A stretch of 64,000 nucleotides of DNA, taken from contig CALEDT010000041.1 in the NCBI GenBank assembly GCA_937949525.1, positions 42,709 through 106,708 on the forward strand. The letters are read 5' to 3'. This stretch comes from an uncultured Burkholderiales bacterium. Its GTDB lineage: Bacteria > Pseudomonadota > Gammaproteobacteria > Burkholderiales > Thiobacillaceae. This document shows, in pieces, positions 43,393 through 53,151 of the stretch. Each line of letters opens with the position of its first letter. Positions within the stretch are counted from its first letter, which is position 1. The position numbers were made by a program, and so were the translations under genes. Under the pieces are notes generated by a model, which was given only the letters and a program-made list of their open reading frames with translations, ran no database searches and had not been told where the DNA came from.

Positions 43393-43537
43393 GGCTATTG
43401 CGGCAAATGAACAGCGAACTGGCAGGCATTGCACACGAATCGACCGGAACTGTCCAGCATGCCGGCGGACGTGGGGATATCGCCGGCCGGCGTGCGCGGT
43501 TACAATCCCGGGCCAGTTCAACCCCGGAAAATTCCCC

Positions 43538-44224
43538 ATGGCCGACTATCAGATCGCTCCCTCCATCCTGTCCGCGAACTTCGCCAAGCTGGGCGAAGAA
43601 GTGGACAACGTGCTGGCCGCCGGCGCCGACATCGTGCACTTCGATGTGATGGACAACCACTACGTGCCCAACCTCACCATCGGCCCGCTGGTGTGCGAGG
43701 CACTGCGCAAGCACGGCGTCACCGCGCCGATCGACGTGCATCTGATGGTCAAGCCGGTGGACCGCATCATTCCCGATTTCGCCAAGGCCGGCGCCACCTA
43801 CATCACCTTCCATCCGGAAGCTTCCGAACACATCGATCGCACCATCGGCCTGATCAAGGACAGCGGCTGCAAGGCCGGGCTGGTATTCAACCCCGCGACG
43901 CCGCTGGACGTGCTGGAGTACACGCTGCCCAAGTTGGACATGGTGCTGTTGATGAGCGTCAACCCCGGTTTCGGCGGCCAGAAGTTCATTCCCTACGTGC
44001 TCGACAAGGCGCGCAAGGTGCGCGCGATGATCGATGCCGGCGGCCATGCCTGCCGGCTGGAGATCGACGGCGGCGTCGGCCCCGGCAACATCCGTGAAGT
44101 CGCGCAGGCCGGCGTCGATACCTTCGTCGCCGGCTCCGCCATCTTCGGCGCCGCCAAGGAAGGCGACCCGCATCGCTACGACAGCGTCGTCGCCGCGATG
44201 CGCGCCGAGCTGGCCAAGGTATAA
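43538..44224 (+). CDS. rpe: ribulose-phosphate 3-epimerase
   Basis: [17 protein letters not shown]...[14 protein letters not shown]...[10 protein letters not shown]...DGGV. Confidence 0.96.
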   Translation: MADYQIAPSILSANFAKLGEEVDNVLAAGADIVHFDVMDNHYVPNLTIGPLVCEALRKHGVTAPIDVHLMVKPVDRIIPDFAKAGATYITFHPEASEHIDRTIGLIKDSGCKAGLVFNPATPLDVLEYTLPKLDMVLLMSVNPGFGGQKFIPYVLDKARKVRAMIDAGGHACRLEIDGGVGPGNIREVAQAGVDTFVAGSAIFGAAKEGDPHRYDSVVAAMRAELAKV

Positions 44225-44250
44225 GCGCGGCGAATGGCGACCAACCTGCC

Positions 44251-44976
44251 ATGCCGCTGTCCATCAAGGCCGTCGTCATCGATCTCGACGGCACGCTGCT
44301 CGACACCGCTGAGGATCTTGCCGATGCCGCCGAGGCCATGCTGGCCGACCTCGGCCTGCCGGCGGTGCCGCTGGCGGAGATCAAGACCTACATCGGCAAT
44401 GGCGTGTCGCGTCTGGTCAAACGCGCGCTGACCCGCGACCTGTCGGCCGAGCCCGACGCCGAGCTGTTCCGGCGCGCGCTGGCCAGCTTCGAGCGGCATT
44501 ACGGCGAACACGTCTCGCGCAAGAGCCGCCCCTTCCCCGGCGTCGTCGAGGGCTTGCAGGCGTTCAAGGCCAGCGGCGTACATCTGGCCTGCATCACCAA
44601 CAAGGCGGCGCGCTTCACCCACCCGCTGCTCAAGGACACCGGCCTGTTCGACTATTTCGAGCTGATCCTGTCCGGCGACAGCCTGCCGGAGAAGAAACCC
44701 TCACCGCTGCCGCTGCTGCATGCCTGCCGGGTGTTCGGCTGCGCGCCGGCGGAACTGCTGCTGATCGGCGACTCGCTCAACGACACGCAGGCCGCGCGCG
44801 CCGCCGGCTGCCCGGTGTTCTGCGTGCCCTATGGCTACAACCGTGGCCGGCCGGTGGAGGAACTGGACCTCGATGCGGTGGTGCCCAGCCTTGTGGCGGC
44901 GCTGCCGTTGATCGAACTCAAGGCGGAAAGCCTGGCCGATACCGCTGAGCCGGCCGTCGATGCCAGGCCCGGCTGA
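44251..44976 (+). CDS. gph: phosphoglycolate phosphatase
   Basis: VIDLDGTLLDT HAD motif I, ITNK, GDSLNDTQAARAAG. Confidence 0.9.
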   Translation: MPLSIKAVVIDLDGTLLDTAEDLADAAEAMLADLGLPAVPLAEIKTYIGNGVSRLVKRALTRDLSAEPDAELFRRALASFERHYGEHVSRKSRPFPGVVEGLQAFKASGVHLACITNKAARFTHPLLKDTGLFDYFELILSGDSLPEKKPSPLPLLHACRVFGCAPAELLLIGDSLNDTQAARAAGCPVFCVPYGYNRGRPVEELDLDAVVPSLVAALPLIELKAESLADTAEPAVDARPG

Positions 44977-45036
44977 AGCACCCGCCAACGCCACGGCATC
45001 CTTTATTCCCGGCGTCACCCCGCTCACGCCCTGCCC

Positions 45037-46518
45037 ATGTTCAACGAAGACCAATTCAACGACCTCGCGCGCCAGGGCTACAACCGCATCCCGGTGATCC
45101 GGCAGTTGCCGGCCGACCTGGACACGCCGCTGTCGATCTACCTCAAGCTCGGCAACGAACCGTACACCTATCTGCTGGAATCGGTGGTCGGCGGCGAACG
45201 TTTCGGCCGCTACTCCTTCATCGGCCTGCCGGCGCGCACCGTGCTGCGCGTGCACGGCCACTTCATCAGCGTCGAGACCAACGGCCTGCCGGTGGAACAG
45301 GGCGACCATGCCGATCCGCTCGAATTCGTCGAGCGTTACCTGGGCCGCTTCAAGGCCGCGCCGGTGCCGGGCATGCCGCGTTTTCCGGGCGGCCTATGCG
45401 GTTACTTCGGCTACGACACGGTGCGCTACATCGAGAAACGTCTAGCCGATACGCGCAAGCCCGACGACATCAACACGCCGGACATCCTGCTGATGCTGAC
45501 CGACGAGCTGTGCGTGGTGGACAACCTGTCCGGCAAGCTCACGCTGATCGTGTACGCCGATCCGCTGCAGGACGAGGCCTACCTGAAGGCCCACCGCCGT
45601 CTCGACGAGCTCACGCGCCTGCTGCGCCGGCCCGCGCTGCCGCCGCGCGACGTGGCCGGCGAAGGCGCCGAGGCGGTATCCCAGTTCGGTGAGGACGCAT
45701 TCAAGGCCGCCGTGGCGCGTGCCAAGCAGTACATCGTCGACGGCGACATCATGCAGGTGGTGCTGTCGCAGCGCATGAGCCGGCCGTTCCATGCCCACCC
45801 GCTGTCGCTGTACCGCGCGCTGCGCGGCCTCAACCCCTCGCCGTACATGTTCTATTACGACATGGGCGGCTTCCAGGTGATCGGTTCCTCGCCGGAAATC
45901 CTGGTGCGGCTGGAGGGCGACACGGTCACGGTACGTCCCATCGCCGGCACGCGGCCGCGCGGCGCCACGCGCGAGGAAGACGAGCGCCTGGAACGCGAAC
46001 TGCTGGCCGACCCCAAGGAGCGCGCGGAACACGTGCAACTGATGGATCTTGGCCGCAACGACGTCGGCCGGGTGGCCCGCATCGGCAGCGTGCGCGTCAC
46101 CGAACACATGTGCATCGAGCGATACTCGCACGTCATGCACATCGTCTCCAATGTCGAAGGCGCGTTGCGGCCCGGTCTGTCGGCCATCGACGTGCTGCGC
46201 GCCACTTTCCCCGCCGGCACCGTATCCGGCGCACCCAAGGTACGGGCGATGGAGATCATCGACGAACTGGAACCGGTCAAGCGCGGCGTGTATGCCGGCG
46301 CAGTCGGCTACGTCGGCTTCAACGGCGACATGGATGTCGCCATCGCCATTCGCACCGCCGTGGTCAAGGACCACACCTTCCATGTCCAGGCCGGTGCCGG
46401 CATCGTCGCCGATTCCGACCCGGACAGCGAATGGCGGGAAACCTGCAACAAGGCCAAGGCGGTGATACGCGCCGCCGAACTGGCGCAGAGCGGATTTGGC
46501 GGGGAGGCGGATTACTGA
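45037..46518 (+). CDS. trpE: anthranilate synthase component I
   Basis: LLESV.GGE..GRYSFIG, ...[20 protein letters not shown]... chorismate-binding core. Confidence 0.96.
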   Translation: MFNEDQFNDLARQGYNRIPVIRQLPADLDTPLSIYLKLGNEPYTYLLESVVGGERFGRYSFIGLPARTVLRVHGHFISVETNGLPVEQGDHADPLEFVERYLGRFKAAPVPGMPRFPGGLCGYFGYDTVRYIEKRLADTRKPDDINTPDILLMLTDELCVVDNLSGKLTLIVYADPLQDEAYLKAHRRLDELTRLLRRPALPPRDVAGEGAEAVSQFGEDAFKAAVARAKQYIVDGDIMQVVLSQRMSRPFHAHPLSLYRALRGLNPSPYMFYYDMGGFQVIGSSPEILVRLEGDTVTVRPIAGTRPRGATREEDERLERELLADPKERAEHVQLMDLGRNDVGRVARIGSVRVTEHMCIERYSHVMHIVSNVEGALRPGLSAIDVLRATFPAGTVSGAPKVRAMEIIDELEPVKRGVYAGAVGYVGFNGDMDVAIAIRTAVVKDHTFHVQAGAGIVADSDPDSEWRETCNKAKAVIRAAELAQSGFGGEADY

Positions 46519-46563
46519 CCGGCCGCTCGCTCGCGGCGACCGGGAAACCACTTGATCGGCGCG

Positions 46564-47170
46564 TCAGTAACGGTAGCGCAGCCCGGCGGTCCGCACGTTG
46601 CCGCCACCCTGTTTGCCGAACACCCCATACGCGGTGGAACGGTGATGCAGGCGAAACAGCGTGGCCCAATCGCTGCCCGGCTGCGCCAATTCCAGTTCGA
46701 GCTGCCAGTACAGCATCGATCGTTTGCTGCTCCCGTCCAGCCTGACCTCGGCCGCCGGCACGCGGGTGGCATGGGATGGGCCGGCACCGAAGGCGACGCT
46801 GGTCGCCAGCCGTTCACGCCAGGGAAAGGCATGAAAGCACATCGTTCCCCAGTGCGTTGAACTCCCAGTGATCCTGTAAACCGAAATGCCGGAGCGTATT
46901 GCCCTCGACCTCGAACGACCAGTGGCGCGGCGCATCACGCCACAGCGTACGCGCACCGGCCAGCGCGATCAGACGCGAATCGACCCAGTCGGCACGGCCG
47001 GACAGTGACTTGATCCAGTCTTCATCGGTCATGCGTCCGGCATAGACACTGATCGCGGTATCGCCGGTATCGGCCGTGGCCGGCGCGATGACTGCGCAAC
47101 AGAACGCAAACACCAGGGTGGTGGGCGGGAAGGCAACCCCCGCCGGCACGCCGAGAGAAACGGTTGACAT
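46564..47170 (-). pseudogene. frameshifted small outer-membrane beta-barrel protein (possibly PagL/acyloxyacyl-hydrolase-like)
   Basis: The N-terminal half (signal peptide ...VIAPATA-DTGD..., track ORF 46814..47278) and the C-terminal half (track ORF 46564..46956, ending ...GLRYRY with a terminal aromatic) are both well coding-biased. They lie in frames offset by 1 nt and switch near 46845-46860. Confidence 0.5.
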
Positions 47171-47240
47171 GGCGGCAAGATACATCAGCGGACCGATACC
47201 CCTCGAGCGCCTCCACCCCGTTGCCGGCGGCCCGCCGGAA

Positions 47241-47269
47241 CTGGCACGGGCGGGGTTTTTTGCTAGAAT
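47241..47269 (+). promoter_or_regulatory. candidate sigma70 promoter (CTGGCA-N17-TAGAAT with TGn extension)
   Basis: -35-like CTGGCA at 47241-47246. TGcTAGAAT at 47261-47269. About 90 nt upstream of the lipoprotein ATG. Confidence 0.35.
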
Positions 47270-47364
47270 GCGCGCCATCGAAAAGTCGTCGGAAACGAAG
47301 ATCTTTCGATGGTTCCGGTATGTGTTGTTTAGTGTTGATCAACTCCGTCCTGAGGAAAAACCAC

Positions 47365-47589
47365 ATGAAATACTCCGTCCTGCTCGCTGCCCTGCTGGCC
47401 TTCTCCCTGACTGCTTGCGGCAAGAAAGAAGAAGCCGTCGTGGAACCCGCTCCCGCGCCCGAAGTCGCCGCCCCCGCGCCGATGGCTCCGGCCGAGGAAG
47501 CCCAACCCACCGAAGGCGAAGCCGCCGAAGGTCACGCCGCTGAAGGCCAGGCTGCCGACAAGCCGGCCGCTCCCGGCTACGGCAACTAA
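47365..47589 (+). CDS. small low-complexity lipoprotein (74 aa)
   Basis: MKYSVLLAALLAFSLTAC lipobox, Ala/Pro/Glu-rich mature part, followed by a strong terminator. Confidence 0.65.
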   Translation: MKYSVLLAALLAFSLTACGKKEEAVVEPAPAPEVAAPAPMAPAEEAQPTEGEAAEGHAAEGQAADKPAAPGYGN

Positions 47590-47606
47590 GCGTCACTCGC
47601 TTGAAG

Positions 47607-47636
47607 AAAACCGGCCTTCGGGCCGGTTTTTTTTCT
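47607..47636 (+). terminator. rho-independent terminator
   Basis: AAAACCGGCCttcgGGCCGGTTTTTTTT. Confidence 0.8.
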
Positions 47637-47830
47637 TTCCAAGTTGCTCCACCGGCGGGATTTCGGAACGTCACCGACTTCCGTTCCTGTTTCGGTGGAT
47701 GTTTACGACTCCTTCGAAAGACGGGTGCTCGGAGGAAAGCTCAACCGGTAGCGATGTTCGGATTTCGCCCCCGACGCCGTCGAGTCGACAGACCGGACGG
47801 CGGCACAGGCCCGGAGAAATATCGTATCTC

Positions 47831-47846
47831 ATTGTTTATAAACAAT
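47831..47846. promoter_or_regulatory. perfect 16-bp AT-only palindrome ATTGTTTATAAACAAT
   Basis: Self-complementary. It lies 10 nt upstream of the -24 element of the PEP-CTERM gene promoter, in a 66% GC genome. Confidence 0.4.
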
Positions 47847-47855
47847 AATAAAAAC

Positions 47856-47871
47856 GGGCACAGTCATTGCT
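47856..47871 (+). promoter_or_regulatory. sigma54 -24/-12 promoter GGGCACagtcaTTGCT
   Basis: GG-N10-GC spacing is exact and 5 of 6 plus 5 of 5 consensus positions match. GGAG at 47895 and ATG at 47905 lie downstream. Confidence 0.5.
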
Positions 47872-47904
47872 TGAAGACATGACAGTCAACCAACGGAGTC
47901 TGCC

Positions 47905-48717
47905 ATGCACAAGTTCGCATCCGCCTTGCTGTTCGCCGCCAGCCTGGCCGCCAGCGCCGCCGCGCAGGCGGTGGTGATCACCATCGACGGCAATCTGGCC
48001 GACTGGGGCCTGAAACGCAACGGCAACGCCAACGACTGGATCCCGGACCCGGCCCTGGGGCTGGTGGAAGGCGTGAACTGGAAGGTCGAAGACCAGACCG
48101 GCGGCGCCAACAGCTTTCTGAATCCCGGCTGGGGCGGCCAGGCCTACGACGCCGAGGCGTTATACGTCCATCTCGACAGCAGCCACCTGTATATCGCCCT
48201 GGTCACCGGCCTGAGCCCTGACACGATCACCAACCCGGCGCTCAACACCTACGGACCGGGCGATTTCGCCATCGATTTCGGCCGGAACGGGGTGTTCGAG
48301 TTCGGCATCGAGACCACCGGCCCGAACGCCGGCGCAGTGTATCGCGTCGACCAGTGGGCCTACGGCCTGTGGGACGTCAACGGCAATCACAATCCCGCCA
48401 ATCCGGACACCGGTCATCCCACGTCCATCGTCGCCGGCACCCTGGTGGGCCAGGGCCAACTGGTCTACACCACCAGCGCGTTCAAGAACATGGGCATCCA
48501 CAAGAACGACCAGCACTACGTCATCGAAGCCGCTATTCCGCTCAGCGTGTTCGCCGGCTTTTCCGGCAAGTTCGATGTGCACTGGACCATGGACTGCGCC
48601 AACGATGCGATCTGGGTCGATCCGGAACTGGCCGCCGTCCCCGAGCCGGGCACACTGGCGCTGCTGCCGCTCGGTCTGGCCGGCCTGCTGGCGCTGCGCC
48701 GACGCACGGCCGTCTGA
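47905..48717 (+). CDS. PEP-CTERM sorting-domain secreted protein
   Basis: Signal peptide. The C-terminus VPEPGTLALLPLGLAGLLALRRR is a canonical PEP-CTERM motif, TM helix and Arg cluster. Confidence 0.9.
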   Translation: MHKFASALLFAASLAASAAAQAVVITIDGNLADWGLKRNGNANDWIPDPALGLVEGVNWKVEDQTGGANSFLNPGWGGQAYDAEALYVHLDSSHLYIALVTGLSPDTITNPALNTYGPGDFAIDFGRNGVFEFGIETTGPNAGAVYRVDQWAYGLWDVNGNHNPANPDTGHPTSIVAGTLVGQGQLVYTTSAFKNMGIHKNDQHYVIEAAIPLSVFAGFSGKFDVHWTMDCANDAIWVDPELAAVPEPGTLALLPLGLAGLLALRRRTAV

Positions 48718-48749
48718 ACCACGCGCCGCCCGGCGCGCGCGACGACGCG

Positions 48750-49913
48750 TCAGTCGAGCACGCGCGCCAAGCGCGCCACCGCCTCGCGGATGCGCGGCAA
48801 GGCGGTGGTATAGGCGAAACGCACGTGCCGACCTGCGCCGTGCACACCGAAATCGCTGCCCGGCGTGATCGCCACGCCGGCCTCCAGCAGCAGTTTTTCC
48901 GCCAGCGACTCGCCGTCGCCGCCGAAGCGCGACACGTCGGCATAACAGTAGAACGCCCCCGCCGGCCGGGCATCGATGCGAAAACCCAGAGCCTCCAGCG
49001 CCGGCAGCAGCCAGTCGCGTCGCGCACGCAGTTCCGCCTTGCACGCCTCCAGTAGCGGCCGGGTGTCCGGCGCCAGCGCCACCAGCGCGGCATGCTGCGC
49101 CACGGTCGGCGCGGCCAGGTAGACGTTCTGCGCCAGCCGGTCGATCACCGGCAGCAGCGCCGGCGGCGCCAGCAGCCAACCGAGGCGCCAGCCGGTCATC
49201 AGAAAGTATTTGGAGAAGCTGTTGATCACCAGCACGTCATCGCCCAGCGCGGCGGCACTCTGCGGCACCCGGTCATAGACCAGCGAGTGATAGATCTCGT
49301 CGACTAGCAGCCAGCCGCCACGCGCGCGCACCACGGCGTGGATCGCGGCCAGCTCGGCGTCGTCCAGCAGCGTGCCGGTGGGATTGCCGGGGTTGGCCAC
49401 CAGGACGCCGCGCGTGCGCGGCCCCCAATGGCGCTCGACCAGCGCCGCGCTGAGCTGATAGCCGCTCTCGGGCCCCACCGGCACGGCGACCGCGCGGGCG
49501 TCCAGCAGGCGGGCGAAATGGCGGTTGCACGGATAGCCGGGATCGGCCAGCAGCACTTCGTCGCCGGCATCGAACAACGCCGCCAGGGCCAGCAGCAGCG
49601 CGCCGGACGCGCCTGGCGTCACCGCCACGCGCGCGGCGTCGACGTCGACGCCGTGACGCTCGCCATACCATGCGGCGATGCCTGCGCGCAGTGCCGGCAG
49701 GCCCAGCGCCGGGGTGTAATGCGTCCGCCCGGCGCGCAGCGCGGCGATGCCGGCCTCCACCACCGGCGCCGGCGTGGCGAAGTCCGGTTCGCCGACCTCC
49801 ATGTGGATGATGTCGCGCCCTTCGGCTTCCAGCGCGCGTGCACGCGCCAGGATGGCCATCACGCGGAACGGTTCGATGGCCTCGGCCCGTGCCGCCGCAT
49901 GCGGCTTGGTCAT
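48750..49913 (-). CDS. pyridoxal-phosphate-dependent aminotransferase (class I/II)
   Basis: ...DPGYPCN..., NSFSKYFLMTGWRLGW (PLP lysine). Confidence 0.9.
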   Translation of the reverse strand: MTKPHAAARAEAIEPFRVMAILARARALEAEGRDIIHMEVGEPDFATPAPVVEAGIAALRAGRTHYTPALGLPALRAGIAAWYGERHGVDVDAARVAVTPGASGALLLALAALFDAGDEVLLADPGYPCNRHFARLLDARAVAVPVGPESGYQLSAALVERHWGPRTRGVLVANPGNPTGTLLDDAELAAIHAVVRARGGWLLVDEIYHSLVYDRVPQSAAALGDDVLVINSFSKYFLMTGWRLGWLLAPPALLPVIDRLAQNVYLAAPTVAQHAALVALAPDTRPLLEACKAELRARRDWLLPALEALGFRIDARPAGAFYCYADVSRFGGDGESLAEKLLLEAGVAITPGSDFGVHGAGRHVRFAYTTALPRIREAVARLARVLD

Positions 49914-49937
49914 GGCTTGGCGCGCCGACGGCCGTGA

Positions 49938-50318
49938 TCAGAGATGCGCATCGATGAACTCGCGCACGAAATGCTCCGGCTTGGCGCTGTGGAATCGCGC
50001 GCGCTCCTCACCGTCCTTGAACAGCAGCACGGTGGGAAAGCCACGCGCGCCGTAACGCCCGGCCAGCTTCATGTTGTCGCCCTCGTCCACCTCCACCTTG
50101 GCCAGCCGCACCTTGCCGTCATAGCTGGGAATCACCCGCGCCAGCACCGGCGCCAAATAGTGGCAGGGACCGCACCAATCGGCCCACAGGTCGACCAGCA
50201 CCAGGTGATGGTGCGAGGCCTCGATGACGTCGCGCTCGAAGTGATGCACGTCGGTGTCGAAGATGCACTTGCCGTCGCACGCGCGTTCGTGTTGATGATC
50301 GTGGATCTGCAGGGTCAT
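49938..50318 (-). CDS. thioredoxin with short His/Cys-rich N-terminal extension
   Basis: LVDLWADWCGPCHYLAP active site. N-terminus MTLQIHDHQHERACDGKC. Confidence 0.88.
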   Translation of the reverse strand: MTLQIHDHQHERACDGKCIFDTDVHHFERDVIEASHHHLVLVDLWADWCGPCHYLAPVLARVIPSYDGKVRLAKVEVDEGDNMKLAGRYGARGFPTVLLFKDGEERARFHSAKPEHFVREFIDAHL

Positions 50319-50447
50319 GACGTCGCTCTCCGGTCGCGGCGCGCGTCCCGCCGGTGCGCCCGACGCCCTCGGGGCACGCGCCTTGGCAAAAGGCGCAATG
50401 CTACCGGCGCCAGCGGGTGGGCGGCTACTGCCCTGCCCGCACGCCGC

Positions 50448-51899
50448 TCAGGCCACCCACAGCGCCATGAAGTCCTGCACCGGCGTCGCTTCCAGCCGTG
50501 CCTGGTCGGCGCACAGCGCACTCAGCGCGGCGCATCGCTTGGGCGCCAGCCGGCCGGCCAGCGCCGCTTCGAACTTCTGCAGCAGGATGGGGATGCCCTC
50601 GGCGCGGCGCGAGCGGTGGCCGATGGGCGCATCGATGCTGACCTTGTCCGTGCAGGTGCCATCGTCGAAAAAAACCTGCACGCTGTTGCCGATGTAGCGT
50701 TTGTCGGCTTCCAAGTACTCGCGCGTGAAGCGCGGGTTCTCCTTCACCGTGGTCCTGGCACGCAGCGCGTCGATGCGCGGGTCGGCGGCGCCGGCGTCGG
50801 TGTAGTCGTCGGCGGTCAGGCGGCCGCGCAGCAGCGGCACCGCGACCATGTACTGGATGCAGTGGTCGCGGTCGGCGAAGTTGGCCAGCGGGCCGGTCTT
50901 GTCGATGATGCGGCAGCCGGCTTCCTGCGTTTCGATCTCGATGCGTTCGATCCGGTCGATGCGGTCCTTGACCAGCGGATGCAGCGCCAGCGCGCATTCC
51001 ACGGCGGTCTGCGCGTGGAATTCGGCCGGGAAGCTGATCTTGAACAGGATGTTCTCCATCACATAGCTGGCGAACGGCTGGCTGAACTTCAGTGCGTTGC
51101 CGCGGAACAGGCTGTCCTGGAAGCCCCAGGTCCTGGCGGTGAGCGCCGACGGATAGCCCATCTCGCCGGTGAGACAGATCAGCGCCAGGCGCACGCCGCG
51201 CGAGCTGGCATCTCCCGCCGCCCAGGACTTGCGCGAGCCGGTGTTGGGCGCATGCCGGTAGGTGCGCAGCGCGCAACCGTCGATCCAGGCATGCGACAGG
51301 GCATTCAATACCTCCTCACGGCTGCCGCCGAGCAGTTTGGCCGCCACCGCCGTGGAGGCGATGCGCACCAGCATGACATGATCGAGGCCGACCCGGTTGA
51401 AGGCGTTCTCCAGCGCGGTCACACCCTGGATTTCGTGCGCCTGGATCATCGCCATCAGCACGTCCTTCATACGCAGCGGCGGCCGGCCTTCGGCGACGTT
51501 CTTGCGCGACAGCCAGTCGGCGACGCCGAGGATGGCACCCAGGTTGTCGGACGGATGGCCCCACTCGGCAGCCAGCCAGGTATCGTTGAAATCGAGCCAG
51601 CGCACCAGGCAGGCGATGTCCCAGGCGGCCTTCACCGGGTCCAGTTCGTGCGCGGTACCGGGCACGCGCGTGCCGCCGGGCAGATGGGCGCCGGGCACCA
51701 GCGGACCGAGCAGCTTGGTGCATTCCGGATAGTCCAGCGCCATCAGCGCGCAGGCCAGCGAATCCATCAGGCAGTAACGCGCCGTTTCCATCGCCAGCGG
51801 CGACTGGCTGGCGTCGTAATCCATGACGTAATCGGCCATGGTTTGCAGGACGGTGTCGAATGGGGGGCGGTCGGCGGCGCGGATATCGTGGGTGGACAT
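50448..51899 (-). CDS. prpD: 2-methylcitrate dehydratase
   Basis: MSTHDIRAADRPPFDTVLQTMADYV... MmgE/PrpD fold, in prp context. Confidence 0.94.
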   Translation of the reverse strand: MSTHDIRAADRPPFDTVLQTMADYVMDYDASQSPLAMETARYCLMDSLACALMALDYPECTKLLGPLVPGAHLPGGTRVPGTAHELDPVKAAWDIACLVRWLDFNDTWLAAEWGHPSDNLGAILGVADWLSRKNVAEGRPPLRMKDVLMAMIQAHEIQGVTALENAFNRVGLDHVMLVRIASTAVAAKLLGGSREEVLNALSHAWIDGCALRTYRHAPNTGSRKSWAAGDASSRGVRLALICLTGEMGYPSALTARTWGFQDSLFRGNALKFSQPFASYVMENILFKISFPAEFHAQTAVECALALHPLVKDRIDRIERIEIETQEAGCRIIDKTGPLANFADRDHCIQYMVAVPLLRGRLTADDYTDAGAADPRIDALRARTTVKENPRFTREYLEADKRYIGNSVQVFFDDGTCTDKVSIDAPIGHRSRRAEGIPILLQKFEAALAGRLAPKRCAALSALCADQARLEATPVQDFMALWVA

Positions 51900-51963
51900 G
51901 ATGGCTGAGTCGTGCGTGGCGAGTGAGGGTTGGACGATCTCCCGCAAGCGGGAGAGGGAGAAC

Positions 51964-53118
51964 CTAAGGTCGTTGATCGATGGGCACGAATTTCCGATCC
52001 TCCGGGCCGATGTAATTCGCCGAGGGCCGGATGATCTTGCCGTCCAGGCGCTGTTCGATCACATGCGCGGCCCAGCCGGTGGTGCGCGCGATGATGAACA
52101 GCGGCGTGAACATGGCGGTGGGCACGCGCATCATGGCGTAGGACACGGCGCTGAACCAATCCAGGTTGGGAAACAGGTTCTTGATCGCCTTCATCACCGC
52201 TTCCAGACGCTCGGCGACGTCGTACAGCTTGCGGTTGCCGGCATGCTCGGCAAGCCGCCTGGCCACCGCCTTGATCACCACGTTGCGCGGATCGGATACC
52301 GTGTAGACCGGGTGGCCGAAGCCGATGATCACCTCCTTGTTTTCCAGCACGCGTCGGCGGATGTCGGCCTCGGCCTCGTCCGGCGTGTCGTAACGGCTCT
52401 GTATACCGAACGCCGCCTCGTTGGCGCCACCGTGCTTGGGGCCGCGCAGGGCGCCGATGGCGCCGGTGACCGCGGAATACATGTCCGAGCCGGTGCCGGC
52501 GATGACCCGTGCGGTGAAGGTGGAGGCGTTGAACTCGTGCTCGGCATACAGGATCAACGAGGTGTGCATGGCGCGCACCCAGATCGCCGGCGGCGCCTCG
52601 CCGTGCAGCAGATGCAGGAAATGGCCGCCGATGGAATCGGCGTCGCTGTCGACCTCGATGCGCCGGCCGTTATGGCTGTAGTGGTACCAGTACAGCAGCG
52701 CCGAGCCCAGGCTGGCGATCAGCCGGTCGGCGATGTCGCGCGCGCCGGCGACGCTCTGCGTCTCCGCCTCCGGCAGCAGGCAGCCGAGCGTGGACACCGC
52801 CGTGCGCATCACGTCCATCGGATGGGCCGATGCCGGCAACTGCTCCAGCACCGTCCTCGATACCGCCGGCAGGCCGCGCAGCGCACGCAGCTTGGCCTTG
52901 TAGGCGGCCAGTTCGGCGCGGTTGGGGAAATGGCCGTGGATCAGCAGATGCGCGACTTCCTCGAATTCGCACACGTCGGCGATGTCGAGGATGTCGTAGC
53001 CGCGATAGTGCAGGTCGTTGCCGGTGCGGCCGACCGTGCACAGCGCGGAATTGCCGGCGACCACGCCGGACAGCGCGACGGATTTCTTCGGCTTGGGGGC
53101 GGTGGGGGTATCGGTCAT
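51964..53118 (-). CDS. prpC: 2-methylcitrate synthase
   Basis: Citrate-synthase family ([16 protein letters not shown]), in prp context. Confidence 0.94.
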   Translation of the reverse strand: MTDTPTAPKPKKSVALSGVVAGNSALCTVGRTGNDLHYRGYDILDIADVCEFEEVAHLLIHGHFPNRAELAAYKAKLRALRGLPAVSRTVLEQLPASAHPMDVMRTAVSTLGCLLPEAETQSVAGARDIADRLIASLGSALLYWYHYSHNGRRIEVDSDADSIGGHFLHLLHGEAPPAIWVRAMHTSLILYAEHEFNASTFTARVIAGTGSDMYSAVTGAIGALRGPKHGGANEAAFGIQSRYDTPDEAEADIRRRVLENKEVIIGFGHPVYTVSDPRNVVIKAVARRLAEHAGNRKLYDVAERLEAVMKAIKNLFPNLDWFSAVSYAMMRVPTAMFTPLFIIARTTGWAAHVIEQRLDGKIIRPSANYIGPEDRKFVPIDQRP

Positions 53119-53151
53119 GTCGTCTCCTTGTATGTTCCGCTCCATGTCGGG

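Noticed and set aside
50372-50388. GGGCACgcgccTTGGC between prpD and the thioredoxin gene.
   Set aside because: The GC of the -12 box is displaced by one base (N11), and there is no plus-strand gene downstream.
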